Positions 17,598 to 28,071 of a DNA stretch of 64,000 bases are shown one piece after another (positions within the stretch are counted from its first letter, which is position 1; each line of letters starts with the position of its first letter). A program made the translations under genes and the position numbers. The notes below the pieces were generated by a model. The model saw only the letters and a program-made list of their open reading frames with translations. It was not told the origin of the DNA and made no database searches. This stretch comes from an uncultured Pseudomonadota bacterium (GTDB lineage Bacteria; Pseudomonadota; Alphaproteobacteria; Rs-D84): the NCBI GenBank assembly GCA_946613885.1, contig CAMOGA010000001.1, positions 23,640 to 87,639 on the forward strand, read 5' to 3'.

Positions 17598-18404
17598 ATG
17601 AAACACCTCATTGGTTTTTTATCAAAAATATCTTATGTTGCCATAATGTTTTGGTGTACTGATGTATATTGTGATACAACAACCCCAACCAATGATGCCG
17701 TTGATGATATTTCTCAATCCACTGAAACACCTGACACACCGCCACTTCGTCTTTATTCAATAAAAACATTATGTCCCACCGGACAATACGTTTATAAATG
17801 TGGAAATTATCGTGTTGGTTTTAATTGGCTACGTGGTGTACAAAGTACATCTGACAACACTGCCAAGATTATATTGTCTACAAAAAATTATTATATCAGC
17901 AATGACCAATTAACATTATTACAACAGATGCGCGATTTTTTTGCTGCAAAGAACGGAACTTCTATCCGTTATTGTGAAAATAATTCGTGCAATTCCAATA
18001 CATCTGATTACAAAGATGATCGCGATGCGATTTTAAATAACGTATGTAATCCGTTTAATTCAAATACTGCGGTGACATGCGCATATTGTCCAAATTCTGC
18101 AGATGTTGATGCATCCACCGTCAGAATCACAACTGATGAAAACTCTACCGCAAAGCAAACTGCATCAGATTGGAATTTCCACACATTTGCAGATTGTTAT
18201 ACTGAGACATTTACAGATTCCACAGGAACATATAAATACACACAACAAAACCAAACCTCGGCCGAGAAATGTTTTTATGCCAACACTAACCCAGAGGCAT
18301 TTAACACATTACAGGGTGATGGCATTTCCGGTTTTGCGTCTGGAACAAACAACACTATTGATGCTGTTTTGGTCCCCATAGCACACACAAGCACGCGTTT
18401 ATAA
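17598..18404 (+). CDS. Secreted Cys-rich hypothetical protein.
   Basis: AGGAAAGGAA Shine-Dalgarno sequence before ATG 17598. Signal peptide. Many Cys (CPTGQYVYKCGNY, CENNSCNSN, CAYCPNS). The ORF-track start at 17454 is an extension that runs through the repeat. Confidence 0.55.
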   Translation: MKHLIGFLSKISYVAIMFWCTDVYCDTTTPTNDAVDDISQSTETPDTPPLRLYSIKTLCPTGQYVYKCGNYRVGFNWLRGVQSTSDNTAKIILSTKNYYISNDQLTLLQQMRDFFAAKNGTSIRYCENNSCNSNTSDYKDDRDAILNNVCNPFNSNTAVTCAYCPNSADVDASTVRITTDENSTAKQTASDWNFHTFADCYTETFTDSTGTYKYTQQNQTSAEKCFYANTNPEAFNTLQGDGISGFASGTNNTIDAVLVPIAHTSTRL

Positions 18405-18719
18405 ATACAAAACGTGTAATAAAATACTGACAACAAACAAAACTGTTATCACAGATAATATCAATTTTTGTGTTTTATGTGATTTTTCTTCATCACATTC
18501 TGCACATGGACATTCACGCAAAACCAATACCCAAGACACACCCAACATAACGACAGAAAAAACAAACAACCACGGTTCAATCCATTCTGGAATAAACGAC
18601 AAATGTGAAAATTCCGGTACAAACAAACCAACAACAGATAATAACACTGGTAAAACGCAACAAAACAAATGTGGCAAAATTGAAGCAATAACACCTATTT
18701 TAACCGCTTTATTTTTCAT
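18399..18719 (-). CDS. Small membrane protein with paired Cys motifs (CC in transmembrane helix 1 and CPCAEC). Possible metal-binding, MerT/MerF-like.
   Basis: Two transmembrane helices. LFCCVLPVLL resembles the CC motif of mercury transporters, but the similarity is weak. Confidence 0.4.
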   Translation of the reverse strand: MKNKAVKIGVIASILPHLFCCVLPVLLSVVGLFVPEFSHLSFIPEWIEPWLFVFSVVMLGVSWVLVLRECPCAECDEEKSHKTQKLILSVITVLFVVSILLHVLYL

Positions 18720-18757
18720 AATTTTCCCTTTTTATTGCATACAATTATCAAACCCCA

Positions 18758-18833
18758 TGGCGTCCCCAGCAGAATTCGAATCTGCATCTAATCCTTAGGA
18801 GGGATTTGTTCTATCCTATTGAACTATGGGGAC
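18758..18833 (-). tRNA. tRNA-Arg (anticodon CCU).
   Basis: The reverse complement folds as acceptor GTCCCCA/TGGGGAC, anticodon loop CTCCTAA, T-arm GCAGA-TTCGAAT-TCTGC, and CCA. Confidence 0.85.
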
Positions 18834-18933
18834 AGTGCTTTTTATTCTACATCAATAAAAAAATAAATCAACATTTAGTAATTGCAATACTAAAAACCTG
18901 GTGTATAATGAATATATATTCAAGGAGTAAATT

Positions 18934-19221
18934 ATGGCAACAATAACTCGTATGGATTTATCGAATGCTCTGCGTAACCGTTTTGGGTTGACTGCATCTG
19001 ATTCTTATAAAATGATTGACATTATTTTTGATGAAATAGAACAATCTTTGGTTAACGGGGAAGAGGTTAAAATCACAGGATTGGGAACATTTAAAATATT
19101 ATCAAAACCTGCACGCATCGGCCGTAATCCAAAAACAGGTACACCTGCGATTATATCCGCGCGTCGCGTTGCGTCTTTCCGCCCCAGTGAAAATTTCAGA
19201 AAAACAGTTGCAAAAAAATAA
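18934..19221 (+). CDS. ihfA: Integration host factor subunit alpha (HU/IHF family).
   Basis: GRNPKTG...ARRV.SFRPS is the IHF signature. The N-terminus ITRMDLSNAL resembles alphaproteobacterial IhfA. Length 95 aa. Confidence 0.75.
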   Translation: MATITRMDLSNALRNRFGLTASDSYKMIDIIFDEIEQSLVNGEEVKITGLGTFKILSKPARIGRNPKTGTPAIISARRVASFRPSENFRKTVAKK

Positions 19222-19231
19222 AGGGTAAATC

Positions 19232-19492
19232 ATGACGAACAAAAAACCAGGTTATCAATTTACTATATTTGATCAGATATCTAACAATGAACAACAGTCA
19301 TTTGAAAAGTTTCAGCAGGCAATCCAAGATTTACATAAACAGATGGCCGAAAAACAAAAAGAAATTGATTCATTAAGGTCATCTGACCCAGATGATGAAG
19401 ATTATGAAACCAGAAATGAAATAAATGCAATCGAACGTGAATTACGTTTCTTGCGCAATCAATATGATACATTAATGGAAAAACACAAATAA
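19232..19492 (+). CDS. Small acidic coiled-coil protein, hypothetical.
   Basis: Lies 10 nt after ihfA and is followed by a strong terminator. No recognisable motif. Confidence 0.4.
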   Translation: MTNKKPGYQFTIFDQISNNEQQSFEKFQQAIQDLHKQMAEKQKEIDSLRSSDPDDEDYETRNEINAIERELRFLRNQYDTLMEKHK

Positions 19493-19507
19493 AAAATACT
19501 ATTTATA

Positions 19508-19534
19508 AAAACCGTCCAAACGGACGGTTTTATT
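19508..19534. terminator. Bidirectional rho-independent terminator.
   Basis: accgtcc-aaa-cggacggttttatttt. Confidence 0.7.
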
Positions 19535-21517
19535 TTACCATAACTTTACCCTTTTATCTGGTGCGACATACAACGAATCTGTGTCTGAAATATTAAACAC
19601 TTCATACCATTTTTCAACATGTGGCAATATACCATTTACGCGCCAACGACCCAACGAATGTTCGTTTGTTTTTGTTTGGCTTAATGCTGCTTCATCTGTA
19701 ATATTAGATGCCTCGGTCATAGCATACGCAACAAAGAAACGTTGATCTGGGGTTAATCCCATTGCGTTTTCACTAACATCGCCAAATTTTTTATACGCAT
19801 CATAGGCAATTGTGACACCACCATAATCCGCCAAATTTTCACCCAATGTAAATTCACCATTTGCATGAGTATTTGGCGCAACCAATATGTTATTAAAATG
19901 TTGTTTCATAATGCTGGCGCGAACATCAAATTGCTTTGCATCTGTATCTGTCCACCAATCTTTCATATTACCATCACTATCAAAATGACGACCAGAATCA
20001 TCAAACCCATGTGTCATTTCATGTCCAATCACCGAACCAATCGCACCATAATTAAACGCATCATCGGCATCCATATCAAAAAAAGGATATTGTAATATTC
20101 CCGCAGGAAAACAAATTTCATTTGTTGACGGATCATAATATGCATTAACTTCATGTGCGTTCATATACCAAATTGTTGGGTCTTTTTCTTTACCAACTTT
20201 GTTCAACCAAAATTTGTCTTCAAATTCAGCAACTCGCATCATATTTTCATACAAAGAATCATTTTTGATTTCCAATTCAGAATAATCGCGCCATTTATCT
20301 GGATATCCAATTTTTGCATGAAACGTATTCAATTTTTTCAATGCCTGTTTTTTTGTTTCATCGCCCATCCATGTTAAATTTTTAATACGTTCACCCAACG
20401 CACGTTGCAAATTAGAAACTAATTTTTCCATACGTTTTTTTGCAGATATTGGAAAATATTTTTCAACATAAATCTGACCAACCAATTCACCCAAAGAACC
20501 GTCTATCTTTGCCACAGAACGTTTCCAACGTGGCTTTGGTTCTTTTTGTCCTGCGATTTCACGATTATAAAAATCAAATGCAATATTATATGTTTTATCG
20601 TCTAACAAAGATACAGAATCATCAACAATTTTAAATTTCAAATATGTTTTTAATAAATCTATATCTGTATCATTAATAATTTTCACAGATTCCGCAATTG
20701 CCTCTGGCTGTGCTACGTTTATAAATTCAGGTTTTACCCCACGTGCGTCAAAATAGGCACCCCAATCAAATTCGGAAAATTCTGATATAAATTCATCATA
20801 AGATTTTTTATGATAATTTGCCAATGGGTCGCGCAGTGTTTCTTTTTTATAGAAAGATTTTGCCATACGTTCTTCCAACGCGAACAATTTATCAACATCC
20901 ACCGCAACACCAAAATTATCCATTTGTTTTTTAATATATTCTTTATATTTCTTACGAATACTTTTTGATTTATCATCATCATCAAAATAATAATCACGTG
21001 ACAGACCCAAACCACCCTGAACAATGTTATACAGATAATGCGTGCTGTCCATTTCGTCCAAACCAACACCATCACCAAAAAATGCAGTTGCAAAACGGTG
21101 CATTTTTCCTAAATATTTTGGCAAATCATTTTTATTTTTTATACCATCAATTTCATCCAGATATTTTTGCACAGGTGCTGTTTTTTCGGCATTTAATTTA
21201 TCTTCATCCATTGCAATTTTATACAACAGCCCAATTTTACCATTATCATTTTCAACAATTTCACGAACACGTCTGTCGTTTTCTTCACCCAATTGTTCAA
21301 AAGAACCATACCGCGTATAATCATTTGGCAACGGATTATTTTTTCGCCATCCAGACGTTGCATAATCATAAAAATCATTTCCTGGATTAACAGATAAATC
21401 CATATTTTCAATTTTTATTCCAGCAATCATTACTTTCTCCTTTGTTAAAAAAAACGCCATTACAGCCGCGACAATAACGGCAACAATTCCAATTATATTT
21501 AAAAATTTATTTTTCAT
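19535..21517 (-). CDS. pepO: M13 family zinc metallopeptidase (neprilysin/PepO-like), membrane-anchored.
   Basis: N-terminal transmembrane anchor. Zinc-binding HExxH within VIGHEMTHGFD. Length 660 aa. Confidence 0.85.
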   Translation of the reverse strand: MKNKFLNIIGIVAVIVAAVMAFFLTKEKVMIAGIKIENMDLSVNPGNDFYDYATSGWRKNNPLPNDYTRYGSFEQLGEENDRRVREIVENDNGKIGLLYKIAMDEDKLNAEKTAPVQKYLDEIDGIKNKNDLPKYLGKMHRFATAFFGDGVGLDEMDSTHYLYNIVQGGLGLSRDYYFDDDDKSKSIRKKYKEYIKKQMDNFGVAVDVDKLFALEERMAKSFYKKETLRDPLANYHKKSYDEFISEFSEFDWGAYFDARGVKPEFINVAQPEAIAESVKIINDTDIDLLKTYLKFKIVDDSVSLLDDKTYNIAFDFYNREIAGQKEPKPRWKRSVAKIDGSLGELVGQIYVEKYFPISAKKRMEKLVSNLQRALGERIKNLTWMGDETKKQALKKLNTFHAKIGYPDKWRDYSELEIKNDSLYENMMRVAEFEDKFWLNKVGKEKDPTIWYMNAHEVNAYYDPSTNEICFPAGILQYPFFDMDADDAFNYGAIGSVIGHEMTHGFDDSGRHFDSDGNMKDWWTDTDAKQFDVRASIMKQHFNNILVAPNTHANGEFTLGENLADYGGVTIAYDAYKKFGDVSENAMGLTPDQRFFVAYAMTEASNITDEAALSQTKTNEHSLGRWRVNGILPHVEKWYEVFNISDTDSLYVAPDKRVKLW

Positions 21518-22569
21518 TTTATTAAATCCAATGTTATATCGTCCAATATCAACATACCACGCGGTGTAGTATGCAAATATTCATTATTTATTGCAACCAA
21601 ATCTTTATGTTTGTTTACCCAATTAAAATCAATCTGATTTTTAACATCATCTGACAATTTAACACCACGTATTGTTCGCAACCCAGTTAATATTTTTTCA
21701 ACAGCACGTGTTTCATCACTGATTTTTTCAAACAATTCATAATTTCCGCGTTGTTCATACCAAATATCATCAATAAAAACACGTCCTGCCCCGCCCTGAC
21801 CGATTCCAATATATGCACCACCATCCCATATGTTTTCATTATGTAAACAATGTTGATTTGGTGTGGCATAATTAGACACTTCATATCGTGGCAAATTCAA
21901 ATTTTCACCAATTGCGGTATACATATCCGCCATAGTATTATTATCAGGCATATTTAAATTCATTTTTCCAAACGGAGTATTTTTTTCAATTGTCAATTCA
22001 TACATTGACACATGTTGCAACCCCAGTTTATTTATTTCATTACACAAATCAATCACAGATTGCACATTATGATTTGGCAAACCATAGATAAAATCTGCAC
22101 TGACCCGTAAATTCATATTTTGTGCAACATTTAACAAATCCTGTGCCTGACGCACATTATGTCTGCGCCCCATAAATTGCAATTCAGCGTCTGTTAAAGA
22201 TTGTATTCCAACCGACAAACGATTAACACCAATTGATACAAAATCAGACAATTTATTTTTATCTAATGTCCCAGGATTAGATTCTATCGTAATTTCACAA
22301 TTTTTATCTATATCGAAATTCTTATGAATACAATTCATTATCTGTTCAAAAATTTTGATTGGCATCAAAGATGGTGTTCCACCCCCAAAAAATATTGTGG
22401 GAATATGTACCTGTCCCAATTTGTCCGACCAAAATTTTAATTCACTACAAATATCACAGGCGTATTTTTCCCAATCAGGATTATCACAAGCACGTGAAAA
22501 AAACGCGCAATATTTGCATTTCGACATACAAAACGGGACATGAATATAAAGATTATGCGGTATATTCAT
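21514..22569 (-). CDS. hemW: Radical SAM heme chaperone HemW, a coproporphyrinogen III oxidase-like protein.
   Basis: LYIHVPFCMSKCKYCAF radical SAM CxxxCxxC motif near the N-terminus. Start placed at ATG 22567-22569; the ORF-track start at 22614 adds a hydrophobic extension that looks unlikely. Confidence 0.8.
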   Translation of the reverse strand: MNIPHNLYIHVPFCMSKCKYCAFFSRACDNPDWEKYACDICSELKFWSDKLGQVHIPTIFFGGGTPSLMPIKIFEQIMNCIHKNFDIDKNCEITIESNPGTLDKNKLSDFVSIGVNRLSVGIQSLTDAELQFMGRRHNVRQAQDLLNVAQNMNLRVSADFIYGLPNHNVQSVIDLCNEINKLGLQHVSMYELTIEKNTPFGKMNLNMPDNNTMADMYTAIGENLNLPRYEVSNYATPNQHCLHNENIWDGGAYIGIGQGGAGRVFIDDIWYEQRGNYELFEKISDETRAVEKILTGLRTIRGVKLSDDVKNQIDFNWVNKHKDLVAINNEYLHTTPRGMLILDDITLDLIK

Positions 22570-22663
22570 GATAATGAATAATAGCCACATAAAAATAAAA
22601 TTCAACATAAACAAACGCTTTTTTTTATGTCAAATTTATGATATAATAACCCCCAGAAGGAAC

Positions 22664-24148
22664 ATGAAAAAGAATTTTTTTGCCTTTTTATGCACGTTTG
22701 CGGCACCGTTGATGTCTTTCGCATCGAACGAGGGTGTTCCGTCTTATTATTCTTCGACGACAACCATAAACGCAAACAACGCAGGATATACCGAATATCA
22801 AAAATACGGATATACAAAATACGTTGGAAATTCCGGACATAAACAGATTTTATCTTCACAAAATTATTCTTACCAGGTTCCACGTCCAAAGATGCCAAAA
22901 CAATCGCGTGGCGCAATGACTGTAAATGGTATTGCACAATCTACCGATGAACATAATACAACTATTTTTGCCGACTATTCCCGCCGTTTCGCAGATTTTG
23001 AATTCAAAACAGGTGTTAATTCTGTTTTGGAATGGGACGATATGATTTTTAATGAAATCAATGTTGGCGCGAAACATGTATTTGACATCCGTGGTTTTGA
23101 TTTGGCTGTATATGGTTCATATACATACGGTGATTTAGCCAGCGGTGGCCTGTCGATGGATTACGATTTGGAACCATATGATTATGCATATCCAACGGAT
23201 GGTATTTTCACAATCTCTATGGGCGGACAAAGTGGCGATTTAAACAAATTAAAACTTGGTGTTGCGGCCCACCACATATGGAATTTGGGCGGATGGAAAT
23301 TAACACCACATATTGGTTATGAAATTTTCAAACATAATTTGAAAATGGATAATCATTTATACCCAAATCCTGGTGTATATTTGCCTTTGATGACAAATTC
23401 CGGCGATTACGTATATGGGGATACCGCTGGGAATTACTACGCGGTTGCGACAAATGTAGATATCGCCGATGATTCTGGGTTATATCAAATCTGTATGGGT
23501 CCCGAAGATATCAAGGTTGTTTTGGCATCATCTGGTGGCACAAACATCGATGGTGTTTTATATCCTTTGGGCAACACATTAACAACAGTTGATTATAATT
23601 CCAGCATGGGTAATATTCCATGGGGCGTATCTGAGGGCGACTGTGTTGTAATTGGTGGCGATGGCATTATTCGTGTTGACGGCACAACACATGTTTACAA
23701 CACAACATGGTCTGGTTTTTATCTGGGCTTAGAAATTGAAAAACAAATGACATTGGCAGATAATTTGCGTTTGTACGCACAAATCAGCATGCCAAAATAT
23801 TCATCCGAAGGCACATGGCCAAATCGTGATGATTGGCAACAAAACCCCAGTTTCTTGGACGAAGGCGACAATGGTGCTTTCGCATACGAGGCAGAAATGG
23901 AATATTCTTATCGCCTGTCTGACCGGTTACAGTTATCGTTAAAGGCCGATACAAACTATTTCCATATTGGTAAAATCCCGGGTGAATTATATGTTGCAGA
24001 AACCACTATATATTACGAAGATGAAAACAATCCGGGTAATTTTATCGCAGAAACACAACCCGCATACACAGAATATGTATCTGAATCTTTGAAAGAAGCA
24101 AACTGGCAATCTTTTGGTTTACATATTGGATTCAAATATTCGTTTTAA
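22664..24148 (+). CDS. Outer membrane beta-barrel protein, hypothetical, ending ...FKYSF.
   Basis: AGAAGGAA Shine-Dalgarno sequence before ATG 22664. Signal peptide MKKNFFAFLCTFAAPLMSFA. Terminal Phe. Confidence 0.6.
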   Translation: MKKNFFAFLCTFAAPLMSFASNEGVPSYYSSTTTINANNAGYTEYQKYGYTKYVGNSGHKQILSSQNYSYQVPRPKMPKQSRGAMTVNGIAQSTDEHNTTIFADYSRRFADFEFKTGVNSVLEWDDMIFNEINVGAKHVFDIRGFDLAVYGSYTYGDLASGGLSMDYDLEPYDYAYPTDGIFTISMGGQSGDLNKLKLGVAAHHIWNLGGWKLTPHIGYEIFKHNLKMDNHLYPNPGVYLPLMTNSGDYVYGDTAGNYYAVATNVDIADDSGLYQICMGPEDIKVVLASSGGTNIDGVLYPLGNTLTTVDYNSSMGNIPWGVSEGDCVVIGGDGIIRVDGTTHVYNTTWSGFYLGLEIEKQMTLADNLRLYAQISMPKYSSEGTWPNRDDWQQNPSFLDEGDNGAFAYEAEMEYSYRLSDRLQLSLKADTNYFHIGKIPGELYVAETTIYYEDENNPGNFIAETQPAYTEYVSESLKEANWQSFGLHIGFKYSF

Positions 24149-24164
24149 TTAGTGCGGGGGTGAC

Positions 24165-25217
24165 ATGAAATATAAATTGCCAATATTTTGCGGGATATTT
24201 TCTTTGGCATTGATTGGAAATGCATTTGCAGACCGTGGCGCATTTGATTTAGAACGCTGGGACAATATCATGTCAGATATTCGCCGTCAGGCCACATCCC
24301 AAAACATTGGTGTTCAAACAATTGATGAAACATTAAAATCACCTGCGTTTATACCCGGCATTGTAAAATCAGACCGCAATCAATCAGAATTCAAATTAAC
24401 ATTGGAACAATATCTGAAACGCACAGTCAGCACCGACCGTATTCAAACAGGCCTAAAAAAACGTGCCACGTATCCAACACTATTATCACGCGTTGAACAT
24501 AAATTTGGTGTTCCGCGTAATGTAATATTGGCTTTTTGGGGCATGGAATCAAATTATGGCGCGGTCAAATCCAGATATCAATTAACCAATGCGTTTTTAA
24601 CACTGATTTATGAGGGTCGCCGCGCAGAATTTTTCACGAAACAATTATTAGCATTGATGAAAATTGCCGACAAAAATAAATTATCCATACGGGATATACA
24701 TGGTTCTTGGGCGGGCGCAATGGGACATTTTCAATTTATCCCGACAACATTGGCACAATACGGCGTTGACGGAAACGCAGACGGACGTGTTGATATTATA
24801 AACAGCATTGGCGATGCAATGTTCAGTGCAGGAAATTACCTGAATAAACTGGGTTGGGCATATAACGAACCAATTATTTATCACGTCACATTACCGGCAG
24901 ATTTTAATCGCGATTTAATGAACGGGGACACAAAGCAAACATTAACACAATGGGCAATGATGGGTGTAATGAATATGGACGGAACGCCTTTATATCCGGA
25001 CGACACAACTGTTGGCTTAATTGCAGACACAAAAACAATTGCCGAACAAGATTTATATAAAACCGAAACAACCAATGAAAATCCAGATGCAGATATTGCA
25101 CCAAAACCGGTTATACACGCATATTTAACATACCCAAATTTTTACAGAATAAAAAAATGGAATAATTCATCATGGTACGCAATTGCCATCGGCGAATTGG
25201 CCGATAAATTAAAATAA
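24165..25217 (+). CDS. mltB: Lytic murein transglycosylase (MltB/Slt35 family).
   Basis: AFWGMESNYG and GAMGHFQFIPTT motifs. Signal peptide. Confidence 0.8.
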   Translation: MKYKLPIFCGIFSLALIGNAFADRGAFDLERWDNIMSDIRRQATSQNIGVQTIDETLKSPAFIPGIVKSDRNQSEFKLTLEQYLKRTVSTDRIQTGLKKRATYPTLLSRVEHKFGVPRNVILAFWGMESNYGAVKSRYQLTNAFLTLIYEGRRAEFFTKQLLALMKIADKNKLSIRDIHGSWAGAMGHFQFIPTTLAQYGVDGNADGRVDIINSIGDAMFSAGNYLNKLGWAYNEPIIYHVTLPADFNRDLMNGDTKQTLTQWAMMGVMNMDGTPLYPDDTTVGLIADTKTIAEQDLYKTETTNENPDADIAPKPVIHAYLTYPNFYRIKKWNNSSWYAIAIGELADKLK

Positions 25218-25219
25218 GA

Positions 25220-25966
25220 TTAATTTATATGTTGGCCATATATTGCAACACGATCTATTTGCCCTAATTGTGTCCGAACTGCACAACGCGCAGCACAAGA
25301 ATCAGTACACACAGACGCAGATTCCCAATCAATACTGAATATCCATGATAAACTTGCTGTTGGTGAATATATAACATCTTCATTATCACGAAAGCCCGTC
25401 GCACGACACCAACAATATTGTCCACCATCATTTATTGGATTTCCTGGCTTCCTATATATTCCAGAAACACTGCTACACATTGATTCGCCATATACAGTAC
25501 CATAACTAAACAACGCTTTCCACTCATAACGATTTAAATCCGTAAAATCTGTATTGCAAGTTATCAAATTCCCTTCATAATAACACCTGTCTATATTGTT
25601 TGTTGTGTCTACACCGCGACCATATCTATGATTACCATTTATTGTCACATCAAATGTCGCAAAATCATATTCAGGTCTTATTTTCCATCCTTTAAACTTA
25701 TACCCCGGTTTTGTTGGATTGGCTGGTAAATTTATTGCTGTATCATAGGTACACGTATTTGAATTTGTTGACGTTGTGTCTAATAATGTATTGCTGTTAT
25801 ACCATCTTAAATCTATTGTTTCGGGTTCAAATTCTGCACGTAAATTAACAGGACCGGTATCTGTATTTAATACATTTGTATCACATGTTTCACCGCCAGT
25901 GACATCTGTTGCAAATGAAGGCATCGATATAATCATCATCGATAATACCAATATACGTTTTAACAT
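25220..25966 (-). CDS. Secreted Cys-rich protein containing the Listeria-Bacteroides-repeat-like motif KPGYKFKGWK.
   Basis: Start at ATG 25964-25966 (MLKRILVLSMMIISMPSFA) with GGAG upstream; ATG 25993 is an alternative. Shares the GYKFKGW motif with the C-terminus of CDS 48485..51634. Confidence 0.5.
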   Translation of the reverse strand: MLKRILVLSMMIISMPSFATDVTGGETCDTNVLNTDTGPVNLRAEFEPETIDLRWYNSNTLLDTTSTNSNTCTYDTAINLPANPTKPGYKFKGWKIRPEYDFATFDVTINGNHRYGRGVDTTNNIDRCYYEGNLITCNTDFTDLNRYEWKALFSYGTVYGESMCSSVSGIYRKPGNPINDGGQYCWCRATGFRDNEDVIYSPTASLSWIFSIDWESASVCTDSCAARCAVRTQLGQIDRVAIYGQHIN

Positions 25967-26276
25967 TTCTCGTCTCCGTTTTTTATCATACAAAAAACCA
26001 CCAGAAATTCAGGTGGTTGGAGGTTCGTAACAATTTAATCCGAAAATTGCATGCTTATTCTGTATATTCACATCCTCCAACCCAATGATTGGAGTTTTCG
26101 CCCCATACAGGGCGCGGATTAGTCAGAGGTTACGAAGCCCCATCAGGAAAACACTTCCTGACACAATCATTATATCAAATATAAAAATTTAAAAACAAGC
26201 AAAAAAAATAAAAACATTGCTTATGCTTTTTTTCTTTGATACCATATAACCTATATCGTTATAAAGGATTTATATT

Positions 26277-27245
26277 ATGGCTATAAAAGTTCGCGACTAC
26301 CAGGTCCGATTAACACGAAACAAAGAAGAACGCAAACAGGTTCGTCAATTAAGATATGAAGTGTTCTGTCTAGAAGAAAACGCATCCGCCACAGAAGAAC
26401 AAAAAAATCTGGGCGAAGAATATGATGCATATGATACCTATGCCGATTACATGGCGGTTTTTCATAACGGTAAAATTGTCGGAACATATCGTATTATTGA
26501 TCGCGATGCGGCTGAAAAAATGGGCGGTTTTTATACAGAAAACGAATTTAATTTATCAAAAATTAAAAAAGTTCATGGCAACATCGCAGAAATGTCCCGT
26601 GCATGTGTTAAACCTGAATATCGTGAAAACGGTTTAGTAATGCGATTGTTATGGGCTGGATTATGCGAATACGTTGTCAAACGCAAGGTTGTAATTTTAT
26701 TCGGTGTGCCGTCTTTTGTTGGAACTAATCCTGCACAATCGGCCCAGGCATTATCTTACCTGTATTATAATTATTTATCACCATCGCATTTACGTGCGAC
26801 TGTGTTAAAAGAAAACCTGGACCCATCTGTTGATCCACGTATGACCCAAATGAACATTTTGCCACGTGCATTTGTAGACGAAGACGAAGCAAAAAAGCAA
26901 ATGACCCCATTAATCAAGGGCTATTTGCGTTTGGGTGCAACATTTGGTCGTGGGGTATTTATTGACAAGGGCTTTGGAACATATGATGTATTTGTTTTGG
27001 TTCAAACAAAAAACGTTGATAAAACATATCAAAAACATTTTGCAGGTTCCGAAGATGCCTTTGCTGAATTTGGCATCAAAGAAGGACCTTTGCACATATT
27101 AACACGTATTATCATGTCGCCAATCACTGGCGCAGGCAAGGCAATCCGTGCATTTGGCGAATTGTTTATGCGCGAAGATGCCGATGATATCGAATACATT
27201 GACAAAGAAAATTCCGAAGAATCAGAAAATGGGGAAAATCAATAA
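26277..27245 (+). CDS. olsB: Ornithine-acyl-ACP N-acyltransferase OlsB-like (GNAT-fold, hemolysin-like acyltransferase).
   Basis: N-terminal domain VRQLRYEVFCLEEN...YDAYDTYADYMAV...GTYRII. Immediately followed by, and 1 nt overlapping, a PlsC-family acyltransferase: the olsBA arrangement. Confidence 0.65.
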   Translation: MAIKVRDYQVRLTRNKEERKQVRQLRYEVFCLEENASATEEQKNLGEEYDAYDTYADYMAVFHNGKIVGTYRIIDRDAAEKMGGFYTENEFNLSKIKKVHGNIAEMSRACVKPEYRENGLVMRLLWAGLCEYVVKRKVVILFGVPSFVGTNPAQSAQALSYLYYNYLSPSHLRATVLKENLDPSVDPRMTQMNILPRAFVDEDEAKKQMTPLIKGYLRLGATFGRGVFIDKGFGTYDVFVLVQTKNVDKTYQKHFAGSEDAFAEFGIKEGPLHILTRIIMSPITGAGKAIRAFGELFMREDADDIEYIDKENSEESENGENQ

Positions 27246-28054
27246 TGAAAATTCGTAAACCAAATATTTTTGTTATATCAATAAAATTTGTATGGTTCCT
27301 GTTGGCATGGGTTTTGGTATTTATAAACGCATTTATTTTACTGTTTATACCCAAAAGTAAACTGTCGGTCAAATACATGCAATTTTTCATGCGTCAATTT
27401 AATTTTATGACTGGTGTTCGTTTCAAAGTTAACGGTAAATTGTCAAACAAACGTCCTTTATTATGCGTATGCAATCATATTTCAGTATTTGAATTGGCAA
27501 CTATGCCGGTGGCGTTTGGCGGTTCTTTTTTTGGTAAAAAAGAAATTTCAGAATGGCCTTTGGTTGGTTGGATTGCAAAAAAATTCGGTGTGATATTTAT
27601 TGACAGACGACCATCACATGCGGTTGAGGCATTAAATGCCATCAAACACGAATTGGATACTGTTGATTACCCAATGTTTATATTTCCCGAAGGCACATCC
27701 ACAAACGGCGCATATGTAAAACAATTCAAAAGTTCTATGTTTGATGTTGTTGAAAAAACCGGCGTAACGGTGCAACCTGTGGTTATTCATTATCGTTTAC
27801 GTGATGGAACGAAAATCAGTGATGAAGATATGGCAAATCATTTTGCTTATTTTTCCAACGCCAAAATGGATTGCGGTCCATTATGCAAAGTGGAACGCAG
27901 TGCATTTATGCAGGTTTTTCACATCATGACATTGGGCGGATTTTTGGTTGAAATTGATGTATTACCTGTTCCCGACTTGTCGGGTATGGACAGAAAACAA
28001 ATGGCAGAAACCCTGCATAAAATAATTTCAGATGAATATATGAAAAATAAATAA
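27245..28054 (+). CDS. olsA: Lyso-ornithine lipid O-acyltransferase OlsA-like (PlsC/LPLAT family).
   Basis: NHxxxxE acyltransferase box (CNHISVFE) and FPEGT motif. N-terminal transmembrane segment. Confidence 0.65.
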   Translation: MKIRKPNIFVISIKFVWFLLAWVLVFINAFILLFIPKSKLSVKYMQFFMRQFNFMTGVRFKVNGKLSNKRPLLCVCNHISVFELATMPVAFGGSFFGKKEISEWPLVGWIAKKFGVIFIDRRPSHAVEALNAIKHELDTVDYPMFIFPEGTSTNGAYVKQFKSSMFDVVEKTGVTVQPVVIHYRLRDGTKISDEDMANHFAYFSNAKMDCGPLCKVERSAFMQVFHIMTLGGFLVEIDVLPVPDLSGMDRKQMAETLHKIISDEYMKNK

Positions 28055-28071
28055 CATAAAGAGTGGTAAAA

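Noticed and set aside
25994-26276. Attempt to assign the intergenic region to SRP RNA (4.5S) or two-piece tmRNA.
   Set aside because: No GGAA tetraloop or asymmetric-loop helix 8 motif is present, and no T-arm or tag reading frame was recognisable. It is left as unclassified structured DNA.
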